The notes beneath the pieces were generated by a model. It was not told the DNA's origin. It did not search any database and saw only the letters and a list, made by a program, of their open reading frames with translations. The position numbers and the translations under genes are program-made. From a virus (Duplodnaviria > Caudoviricetes), in IMG/VR virus record IMGVR_UViG_3300027969_000125, positions 1-56,166 of that record: a stretch of DNA of 56,166 bases; one strand, 5' to 3'. Shown here one piece after another: positions 50,101 to 56,166 of this stretch. Every line of letters begins with the position of its first letter. The stretch's first letter is position 1.

Positions 50101-50273
50101 AAATTGAAACTGGTGAGGGTGATTTGCTCCCGTGGTATCGCAAAGAAGGAATGCCCGATGTAAGGCAGACAGGTCTTCAGCGCAAAGAGGGCGGCGAAGT
50201 GACAATGGAAGGTGGCCTTACCCACTGCAAGACTAAAAAGGTAAAACGACATGGCAACACAGTTCCCCATTGA
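44130..50273 (+). CDS. Large polyvalent protein: two ART-like domains, HDxxGH domain, PcfJ-like domain, HhH-glycosylase-like domain
   Basis: 2047 aa. MYHGS...VFLA...YPVYV..KNPFD...DPNRIKSAIGNRGTYD (ART-PolyVal-like); FRAVHDLLGH...AETRGQNS; THYS...RSYFY...PEAGLG; EGDTMGHCVGGY...IYSLRD (PcfJ-like); KIPTY...VVLDVHE...AQAGRW. Confidence 0.7.
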   Translation: MNQRLTDIRRAQLDQLLSGGTNMAGGGLLKAVVKAAKPAVKAVQEVLPLAEREANLAKFLAPSAEKRRMYHGSKEPNIKEFKTRKDLTDESHMTGHYADERDAVFLAPEPEFTKNFSQMGYTDTHQAPTTYPVYVQVKNPFDFDNPEHLQRVKDTYLDMYHNPDSELYDPYLSPSERSTSQHLFKKRVDELPSDVNNWPRIENEVFQNVLKDLGFDSFYTRERGTKNLGVYDPNRIKSAIGNRGTYDTSVPDINEAQGGLVHLAGGGRANSDYTLMGAPRQDNENKPYPKTERMNLGVKAVKSGLDKLNRLIDTGPSVGSVVGNVVGAVPFVGPDLRKGMEDSTLTIPYEFQRSATNPRVATGVNTAKVPTTDILDALKMSDLTGGTGASNLLGSVGKGYVPNSMDVLDTLGLGLTGYGAAKAGVRGVKGVKDALLAGKEAKAAKEIETAGTKYATQQEGPFFRVQPTTLGKDAATTRGTKEADGLRATPAVAGGAEPTGRKVPQLLSPEEVGRIIADPVANQPLNIAKKYTQDTQGVDFGVPKTPSSSLAKQSGIARTFDLAVQGSPEYKSAIFGAYSREMPDLMEQIGAKNYDDLMEKAYRQMAKETDDQFKRLPYNFSYHRAGEGNYNGAKDMAADVHGNRHLYVYQGGDKHDFLHNVDPQTGLNENEKFRAVHDLLGHAIYGNEFGPKGEEMAWAVHQQMYSPLARMAMTAETRGQNSVVNYSPLNAKLKKTIAEYEGMSNEARRRGDKALVKEIEDLKRQAYSGLEFAPNRAVLLPPEFMNPQFAGGMPSYLKAANLPTKGTETGSVLTHYSNEPNLQLIDPTRYGTGIKGAEAGRLRDLEGGVRDRSYFYLGEPGTVAPEAGLGGNRYRGESSSLYDITQDPLDFRLLAREANRTPFTARVNAGVTYPMQEANDYERLVKEYGYEGMINPNATKPMGIMFEPTKVEPRMAGGGLLSKLGKAAKAARAAEELVPAAGRMRFADQPMGGLNVIKETGGNWLGGRVEKDVAPLRSRGPTHRDEALMAGGRYAQEADTPEGIRAMAANAALNKWVDGNLSNYIKKQMGTPDDPVRALAEQGITHKADLLREDQVFADKPIMDQRREAGFPEEGMAQSPLAKAWEYVSDSSIPSHRAGDIQGMPEKFTKRDEAERKMIALRDALYHKFIDHLKSKGISDEEANIVARGTPFDLKARAVGDQDFLQAEVAYAATHDPMMSSYIALGQENPWISKVAPETQVYSSFTGDLGFDHIVDVLKQDVAEGRIRPEQLNKVSMEQAVRRTYEYDQEMAKKMQEAAIKQTEGMPVHKEYPEGYKWVELTAPKDLPEGWSAEGNNLINPNGGRPGQVGDSSDPRYKALEDALKYEGDTMGHCVGGYCPDVVQGRSRIYSLRDSKGEPHVTVETRPGAYTPFDIPEDIKPIYKQHMVEGISTHGGRPGAAEWMQHFYPDRFVAPPEDIIQIKGKQNRAPKEEYLPFVQDFVKSGDWSRIGDLKNTGLRDIKKTPKIEEYLKKKGADVPRYLTENEYQGHESDFLMDQLYPKDETPLPPAESMAGGGSVGLKNALNNLLRTDKPEVHMAGGGAMAKVAKAAKAAYSPKVLNSTIEKFVAKIAADNPKLSEEDVLKKATKQATSKLEWERVQKPELEKTYGPLVKTPYSKTNVNKMQNTAEVVAERKRKANEFLDQPTEPWTPPAPELQAFDRSSIKDALEGFPGVEQTAFPRDIPTRASTSHVDELYADPENRALIEKQIKRGLPLGGETFYASLYPVKQAVLEAGMPAEKFDRWIHSLAPASARNSIMNEMAVGQFMRDMNARGIPLTEENVAREKAVYKEKFGISLPLMPLHREGVAKVIEGGQDLREMSKANIPTNYKIPTYGSQKAGDFANSVVLDVHEAGGQTQGSRFHPYFNEQGGFGNTEYNAGEQGLLGIAGDLGIPGGMAQAGRWFGGGELTGLRSPRGDALDLLEKQVAYTLNKKGIQPNPANVRAEVLRQIETGEGDLLPWYRKEGMPDVRQTGLQRKEGGEVTMEGGLTHCKTKKVKRHGNTVPH

Positions 50274-52785
50274 CCCTGAGTACAACCGCTTTGTAGGCGG
50301 TGAGCCTCCAGACGAAGAGACTGGCGTAGAGGTGGAGATGCCGCAACTTGACGACTCTGAGCTAGAGGAGCTTCCTGACGGCTCTGTCGTCGTCCACATG
50401 ACCACCAAGGGGCCACGCGAGGACGAAGACTTTTACGAGAACTTGGCCGACAGCGACGACTTCAACACGATGGACATCGACACGCTGGCCCTGCGCTACA
50501 TAGAGCTGGTGGAGAAGGACAAGGAAGCCCGCAAGCAGCGCGACAAGCAGTACGAAGAGGGCATCAAACGCACTGGCATGGGCAATGACGCCCCCGGCGG
50601 AGCCAATTTCAACGGCGCTTCAAAGGTCGTTCATCCGGTGATGGCTGAGGCTTGCATCGACTTTGCCTCCCGCGCCATCAAAGAGATGTTCCCACCTGAT
50701 GGCCCGACCCGCACCAAGATATTGGGTGACGTCACGGACGAAAAAACCGCCGTGGCCGAGCGCAAATCAGAGTACATGAACTGGCAGTTGACTGAGCAGA
50801 TCGAGGAATTCCGCGACGAGCAGGAGCAGATGCTCACCCAGCTACCGCTTGGCGGCTCTCAGTACATCAAGCTGTGGTACGACGAGAAAAAGAAGCGCCC
50901 CTGCGCCCAGTTCCTGCCAATCGACAACGTGCTTTTGCCCTACGCAGCGGGCAACTTCTACACCGCACAGCGCGTGACCGAGGTCGATGACATCTCCGAC
51001 TGGGAATACAAGCGCCGCATCGCCTCTGGGATGTACCGCGACACGCCGTTTTCCCGCTCAACGATGGATCCTGAGATGACCGCCTCACAAAAGGCAACCA
51101 ACAAGATCGAAGGCAAGTCCATTGACAACAACGAAGACGGCCTACGCCGCGTGTATCACATCTACACATGGCTGGAACTGGACGACGACAAGTTCTCTGG
51201 CGGCGAATCGGCTCCCTACATCCTGATGATCGACGATTTGTCGTCCGAAGTCATTGGCTTGTACCGCAACTGGGAAGAAGGCGACGACACGATGACCAAA
51301 TTGGACTGGGTTATCGAGTTCAAATTTATTCCGTGGCGTGGTGCCTATGCCGTGGGCCTGCCCCAACTCATTGGAGGGCTATCTGCGGCCCTTACAGGCG
51401 CTCTACGGGCCTTGCTGGACTCTGCCCACATCAACAATGCGGCCACGTTGCTCAAATTGAAGGGCGGCAAGGTCTCTGGACAGTCGCAAGAGGTTGAAGT
51501 CACGCAAGTGGTGGAGATTGAAGGCGCTCCGGGCGTGGACGATGTGCGCAAACTGGCGATGCCAATGCCATTTAACCCGCCCAGCCCCGTCCTGTTCCAG
51601 CTTTTGGGCTGGCTGACGGGCGCAGCCAAGGGCGTGGTGACCACGGCAGAGGAAAAGATTGCTGATGTGAACGCCAACGCACCTGTGGGCACCACTCAGG
51701 CGCTCATTGAGCAGGGTGCAGCGGTGTTTTCGGCCATCCACGCACGTTTGCACGAGTCTCAGGGCCGTGTGTTAAAGGTTTTGAGCCGCATCAACCGTTG
51801 GTACTTGGACGATATGCGCCGTGGCGAGGTGGTAGAGGATCTGGAGGTCACCCGCGAGGACTTTTCTCGTGTGACGGACGTTATCCCCGTCTCTGACCCG
51901 CACATCTTCTCTGAAACGCAGCGCATGGCCCAAACTCAGGCTGTGATGACGATGATGGAGAAGAATCCTGAGCTATTTAACAAGAAAGTGGTCATTGAGC
52001 GCTTCCTAAAGCAGATCAAGGTGCCCGGCATCAACGAATTGATGGTCGATACGCCTGCGCCGGTCAAGATTGACGCCGCCAACGAGAACGTGGCGATGGC
52101 TATGGGCCAAGCGGCCTACGCCTACATCGAGCAGGATCACCTTGCCCACATCCAAGTCATCTTGGACTTCGCTACCAACCCTGCGCTGGGTGCAAACCCC
52201 GCCATTGCGCCTACCTACCTGCCACGGGCAATGGATCACATCAAGCAGCACTTGACCTTGTGGTACTTGAACCGCATGAACGGCTATGTGGATATGTCGA
52301 TGGAAGGCGCTACGGAAGACTACGAGATGGCAAAGCAGCCAGCCAAGATCGACAAGCTGTTCTCGGCGGTATCGCAGCACGTTCGCATGGACAGCGACGA
52401 GGCATTGCAAAAGGTCATGCCGATGATCCAGCAGATGATGCAGCAGTTGCAGCAGTCCCAGCCCCAGCCCCCGATGGCACCAGACACCAAGGTGTTGCTG
52501 GACACCAGCATGGCCGAGACGCAGCGCCGCACCCAGCGCGACCAAGCGGAGATGGGACTCAAGGAGAAGGAGTTGCAGGCCAAGGTCGAGATGGACATGA
52601 GGAAGCTGGAGCAGCAGCGCCAGTTGGACATGGAAGACTTGCAGCTACGCCTTGCCATCGCCGAGGGCGACCAAGAGACCAAACAACGCATCGAGACAGC
52701 ACGCTTAACGCGAGATGCGGCAAAGCTCAATTTTGAGCAGAACCAAGCTGTACAAACCCAAGGAGTACCTTATGGCAACCAGTGA
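50251..52785 (+). CDS. Portal protein (P22-like)
   Basis: 844 aa; GASKVVHPVMAEAC, YMNWQL, LRALLDSAHINN, APVGTTQALIEQG; Gln-rich coiled-coil C-terminus. Confidence 0.88.
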   Translation: MATQFPIDPEYNRFVGGEPPDEETGVEVEMPQLDDSELEELPDGSVVVHMTTKGPREDEDFYENLADSDDFNTMDIDTLALRYIELVEKDKEARKQRDKQYEEGIKRTGMGNDAPGGANFNGASKVVHPVMAEACIDFASRAIKEMFPPDGPTRTKILGDVTDEKTAVAERKSEYMNWQLTEQIEEFRDEQEQMLTQLPLGGSQYIKLWYDEKKKRPCAQFLPIDNVLLPYAAGNFYTAQRVTEVDDISDWEYKRRIASGMYRDTPFSRSTMDPEMTASQKATNKIEGKSIDNNEDGLRRVYHIYTWLELDDDKFSGGESAPYILMIDDLSSEVIGLYRNWEEGDDTMTKLDWVIEFKFIPWRGAYAVGLPQLIGGLSAALTGALRALLDSAHINNAATLLKLKGGKVSGQSQEVEVTQVVEIEGAPGVDDVRKLAMPMPFNPPSPVLFQLLGWLTGAAKGVVTTAEEKIADVNANAPVGTTQALIEQGAAVFSAIHARLHESQGRVLKVLSRINRWYLDDMRRGEVVEDLEVTREDFSRVTDVIPVSDPHIFSETQRMAQTQAVMTMMEKNPELFNKKVVIERFLKQIKVPGINELMVDTPAPVKIDAANENVAMAMGQAAYAYIEQDHLAHIQVILDFATNPALGANPAIAPTYLPRAMDHIKQHLTLWYLNRMNGYVDMSMEGATEDYEMAKQPAKIDKLFSAVSQHVRMDSDEALQKVMPMIQQMMQQLQQSQPQPPMAPDTKVLLDTSMAETQRRTQRDQAEMGLKEKELQAKVEMDMRKLEQQRQLDMEDLQLRLAIAEGDQETKQRIETARLTRDAAKLNFEQNQAVQTQGVPYGNQ

Positions 52786-52918
52786 TCAAGAGCAAAAGAG
52801 TGTGCAGGTTCCCCAGCACAAGCGCATGGCTATGGGCGAGAAGCTCGACGGCCAGAGCATGAAGGGTTCTGCACCAACCAAACAGTCAGGAGGCTTATCA
52901 CAGGCTAAGAAAAAATGA
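52772..52918 (+). CDS. Small basic protein
   Basis: AAGGAG RBS before the ATG at 52772. Confidence 0.5.
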   Translation: MATSDQEQKSVQVPQHKRMAMGEKLDGQSMKGSAPTKQSGGLSQAKKK

Positions 52919-53100
52919 AAACCCTTGGCGATCTGATCGGCGGGATTAAGTCTAAGCAGGTAGCAATAGCTGCGTCCCTTGCTGCTGGAAATGCGGCGAA
53001 CTGGGAGACTTATCAACGCATGGTTGGGCATTATTTTGGATTGCAAGAATCCCTTGACATCCTTAACGACTTAATGAAAGAAACAGATGAAAATGAATGA
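52915..53100 (+). CDS. Small conserved head-module protein
   Basis: LAAGNAANWETYQRMVG...GL; typical gene between portal and GroES-like gene. Confidence 0.6.
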   Translation: MKTLGDLIGGIKSKQVAIAASLAAGNAANWETYQRMVGHYFGLQESLDILNDLMKETDENE

Positions 53101-53524
53101 CCCGGTAGCTTTTAACGAAGCTGACGTAGCTTGGGCTTTTCCGAGCGTAGACCCCGGCGCAAAACCCCTTGGCGGACGCATCTTGGTGCAACTCCGTCGT
53201 GCAAAGCAGAAGACAACTAGCGCGGGAATCATATTGGTTGAAGAAACCAAAGAAACCGAAAAGTGGCAGAACATGGTGGCAAAGGTCATAGAGATCGGCC
53301 CACTGGCGTTCAAACACCGCGACACCATGCAACCGTGGCCCGAAGGGTCGTGGATTGAGGTTGGCGAATACATCCGCGTACCCAAATGGGGCGGAGATCG
53401 TTGGGAGGTGCCTATTCCGGGCGCTGATGACCACGAAGACCCAGCTTTATTCATGGTGCTAAACGATCACGAGGTGATCGCAAAGCTAACTGGTGACCCA
53501 CTTGCTATGAAAGCGTTTATCTAA
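53087..53524 (+). CDS. GroES-like co-chaperonin
   Basis: KPLGGRILVQ...TSAGIIL...AKVIEIGP...VGEYI...LNDHEVIA. Confidence 0.8.
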   Translation: MKMNDPVAFNEADVAWAFPSVDPGAKPLGGRILVQLRRAKQKTTSAGIILVEETKETEKWQNMVAKVIEIGPLAFKHRDTMQPWPEGSWIEVGEYIRVPKWGGDRWEVPIPGADDHEDPALFMVLNDHEVIAKLTGDPLAMKAFI

Positions 53525-54459
53525 TGAACAAAGAAACCAAAGAAGACATTGACGACATCGCAGTCGTTGAAGAACAAGACGGCTCTGCCACGGTAGAGCT
53601 ACCCGATCACATTGAGTCGCCCCACAACGAGGGCGGTGAAATCTCCGCCTCCGATGACGGCGACAACGATCAACCGGGTGACACCAATGCAATCCGAGAG
53701 GCCCGTCGCAACCGACGCCGAGCCAAGAAGGAGTACATCAAACAAACCCACGTTGAGAAGGACGCCAAGCTGACGCTACTGGAACGCCAGAACCAGCAGC
53801 TTGTGGAGCGCCTATCCGTGCTGGAGCGCAAACAATCAGGTGCCGACTTGGCCCGATTTGACAAGGCAATTGAGGATGAGCAGCTACGCCTGCAATACGC
53901 CACGGCCAAGCTCAAAGAGGCTACGGACAACGCTGACGGCACCTCTTTTGCTAGGGCGCAGGAGCTTTGGTACGACTCCAAGCGCAAGCTGGAATCCATG
54001 CAAAACTTCAAGTCGCGGGCTGCCGAGAGCGGATCTGAGGCTGGGGCGGTTAACCCCAAGTTACAACGTCTGGCAAATAGCTGGATGGAAAACAACGGCT
54101 GGTACGACCCAGACGGCAAGGATGAGGACTCCCAGATCGCCAAAGTGATCGACAACCGATTGGTTCAGGAGGGGTATGACCCCGCCACGAACGAGTATTG
54201 GGAGGAGCTTGACAGCCGCTTGCAAAGGCGGCTCCCTCATAAGTATAATGATCGTCATGATGAACAATCCAGAAGGAGACCTAAAAGTTTAGTGACCGGC
54301 TCTTCTCGTGAGTCGTCACCTCGTGGTAGCGGCAATTCTTTTGTTCTTGAACCCGAACAGGTTCGCGCAATGAAAGACGCTGGTATGTGGGATGACGCAC
54401 AAAAACGCGCGAAGATGATCAAACGGTATGCAGAAGCAGCACGAAACAATAGGAGCTAA
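53524..54459 (+). CDS. Capsid scaffolding protein (putative)
   Basis: Acidic N-terminus, long coiled coil, W...NGWY motif; upstream of the capsid gene. Confidence 0.65.
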   Translation: MNKETKEDIDDIAVVEEQDGSATVELPDHIESPHNEGGEISASDDGDNDQPGDTNAIREARRNRRRAKKEYIKQTHVEKDAKLTLLERQNQQLVERLSVLERKQSGADLARFDKAIEDEQLRLQYATAKLKEATDNADGTSFARAQELWYDSKRKLESMQNFKSRAAESGSEAGAVNPKLQRLANSWMENNGWYDPDGKDEDSQIAKVIDNRLVQEGYDPATNEYWEELDSRLQRRLPHKYNDRHDEQSRRRPKSLVTGSSRESSPRGSGNSFVLEPEQVRAMKDAGMWDDAQKRAKMIKRYAEAARNNRS

Positions 54460-54464
54460 ACATT

Positions 54465-55007
54465 ATGGATTCTCGTCTTAAAAAAACTCTCAACGCTGGT
54501 GGCCGTGAGCAAAGATCTTCACAAGATGCAAGCCGCGCCGCTCCCGAAGAGAAGTTCATTTCTACGCAGGAACGTCGCAAGATGTGGAGCGATGAATGGA
54601 CACAAAGTGCGCTGCCGAAGGTTCCGGATATTCCGGGATGGCATCTTTGCTGGTTATCAACTACCAATGGCTACGACAGCATCGACAAGCGGATGCGATT
54701 AGGGTATGTTCCCGTGAGAGCGGATGAGTTACCCGGATTCGACAATTACCGCGTAAAGGCTGGAGAAGACATAGGTTTTATCGCGTGCAATGAAATGCGT
54801 CTGTATAAACTTCCAATGGACGTTTATCAAGAGGTCATGATTCAAATGCACCATGAGGCACCCATGGAGGAGGCGGACAAAGTCCAAGTCCAAATTGAGC
54901 AGCTTCAAGGAAACCGCGATAGCTCAGGCAAGAGTCTGGGAAGTGTTGAAGGTGAAGGCTTTGGCAATTTGAACCGAACCGTCCAAACACCCGTATTTTA
55001 CGGATGA
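54465..55007 (+). CDS. Conserved head-module protein
   Basis: AGGAG RBS; PGWHLCW...RMRLGYVPV. Confidence 0.55.
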   Translation: MDSRLKKTLNAGGREQRSSQDASRAAPEEKFISTQERRKMWSDEWTQSALPKVPDIPGWHLCWLSTTNGYDSIDKRMRLGYVPVRADELPGFDNYRVKAGEDIGFIACNEMRLYKLPMDVYQEVMIQMHHEAPMEEADKVQVQIEQLQGNRDSSGKSLGSVEGEGFGNLNRTVQTPVFYG

Positions 55008-55030
55008 GGACTTAACAAAAGGAGTTTCAT

Positions 55031-55603
55031 ATGTCAGCGACAAATGCTCCGTTCGGCTTGCGTCCTTCGTTCCACCCATCGGGTCTGGATCGCGCTGTGG
55101 CTCTCGCTAACGGTATTGCTTCTGGTTATTCAACCGGAATTCTGAAGGGTCAACCTGTTGCCCTTAATACGTCTGGAAACATCATTGCTGCTACTGCTGG
55201 CAGCGCCTACCAAGGCGCTTTTGCTGGTCATGAGTACACCGATGTTACTGGCCGTCGTTTGGTCAGCAATCAGTGGGTGGCTAACACCTCCTACCAAACT
55301 GGCTCTCAAGTGACTTACTACTACTCTGACCCAAATATCGTTTACGACATTCAAGCAGACGGTAGTTTGGCTCAAACCTCAATTGGCGATCAAGCAAACT
55401 TTAGCAACATCTCCGCTGGTTCTACGACCACGGGCTTGTCGCAATGCACGATCTCCACTACTTTGGCGGGTTCGAGCGCGGTCGGTGATATGCGTATCAT
55501 CGGTCTTTCAAACGGCGTTGACAACGCTTGGGGCGATGCTTACACAGTTGTGCAAGTACAAGTCTCTCGCAGCCAATACGTCGCAACCATTAACGCCATT
55601 TAA
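55031..55603 (+). CDS. Capsid decoration / cement protein (putative)
   Basis: NAPFGLRP N-terminus; DPNIVYDIQADG; immediately upstream of the capsid gene. Confidence 0.6.
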   Translation: MSATNAPFGLRPSFHPSGLDRAVALANGIASGYSTGILKGQPVALNTSGNIIAATAGSAYQGAFAGHEYTDVTGRRLVSNQWVANTSYQTGSQVTYYYSDPNIVYDIQADGSLAQTSIGDQANFSNISAGSTTTGLSQCTISTTLAGSSAVGDMRIIGLSNGVDNAWGDAYTVVQVQVSRSQYVATINAI

Positions 55604-55614
55604 GGAGTCCAATC

Positions 55615-56166
55615 ATGGCAGCACCAATGCGCAGTACGGACTTTAGAAGCATCGTTGAACCAATTATGAACGAGTGCTTCGATGGAGTCTATGATCAACG
55701 TACCGACGAATGGTCACGGGTTTTCCGTGAGCAAGACGGTATTCCCCGCAACTACCACGAAGAGCCTGTCCTTTATGGATTTGGCGCAGCGCCTCAACTG
55801 CCTGACGGAACTCCTGTTTCGTACCAGCAGGGCGGCGTACTCTTCTTGCAACGCTATGTGTACAACGTGTATGGCTTGGCCTTCGCGTTGACCAAAGTGT
55901 TGGTTGAAGATGGCGACCACATCCGCATCGGTCAGGTTTATGCTCGTCACTTGGCTCAGTCTCTCATCGAGACCAAAGAGACTCTGTGCGCGAACATCAT
56001 CAATCGTGCTTTCAACAGCGCCTACCCCGGCGGCGATGGCGTGTCTTTGATTAACACATCCCATCCCATCGTGAACGGCACGTTCAGCAACCAGTTGTCT
56101 ACCGCCGCTAATCTGAGCCAGACTTCTCTGGAGCAGATGCTGATTCAGATCCGCCAAGCTGTGGAT
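55615..56166 (+). CDS. Major capsid protein, N-terminal part (runs off the end, continues at the window start)
   Basis: AAGGAG RBS; MAAPMRSTDFRSIVEP...EEPVLYGFGAAP...YGLAFALTKVLVED...LAQSLIETKE; open to the end of the window. Confidence 0.88.
   Translation, partial: MAAPMRSTDFRSIVEPIMNECFDGVYDQRTDEWSRVFREQDGIPRNYHEEPVLYGFGAAPQLPDGTPVSYQQGGVLFLQRYVYNVYGLAFALTKVLVEDGDHIRIGQVYARHLAQSLIETKETLCANIINRAFNSAYPGGDGVSLINTSHPIVNGTFSNQLSTAANLSQTSLEQMLIQIRQAVD
56036..56166. repeat. Terminal overlap, copy 2
   Basis: Matches positions 1-131 with one mismatch. Confidence 0.95.

Noticed and set aside
1-56166. Alternative genetic code or stop-codon recoding
   Set aside because: Standard code gives long, tightly packed ORFs, and all three stop codons are used at gene ends.

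Overview
This window is an essentially complete, circularly permuted tailed-phage genome of about 56 kb. Positions 1-131 recur at 56036-56166, and the break falls inside the major capsid gene. Gene content suggests a short-tailed (podovirus-like) virion: P22-type portal, tail adaptor and stabilisation proteins, and several ejection proteins including a lytic transglycosylase. It also carries a lambdoid-style replication/recombination region, a lysis cassette, a DNA methyltransferase, a GroES-like co-chaperonin and a divergent initiator-type tRNA-Met. No integrase or CI-type repressor is recognisable. A betaproteobacterial host is plausible but is inference only. Two things stand out. (1) The terminase large subunit carries a 299-aa intein with no in-frame endonuclease. 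Instead, a complete 200-aa HNH endonuclease gene is overprinted in another reading frame inside the intein, with its own sigma70-like promoter, palindrome and Shine-Dalgarno. (2) A hydrophobic-[A/K]-x-G-G motif recurs in four probable virion proteins and marks domain boundaries of a 2047-aa polyvalent effector protein, which suggests a shared processing or packaging system. There are also candidate structured RNAs and duplicated regulatory cassettes. All product calls come from motif recognition by eye; no database searches were run.
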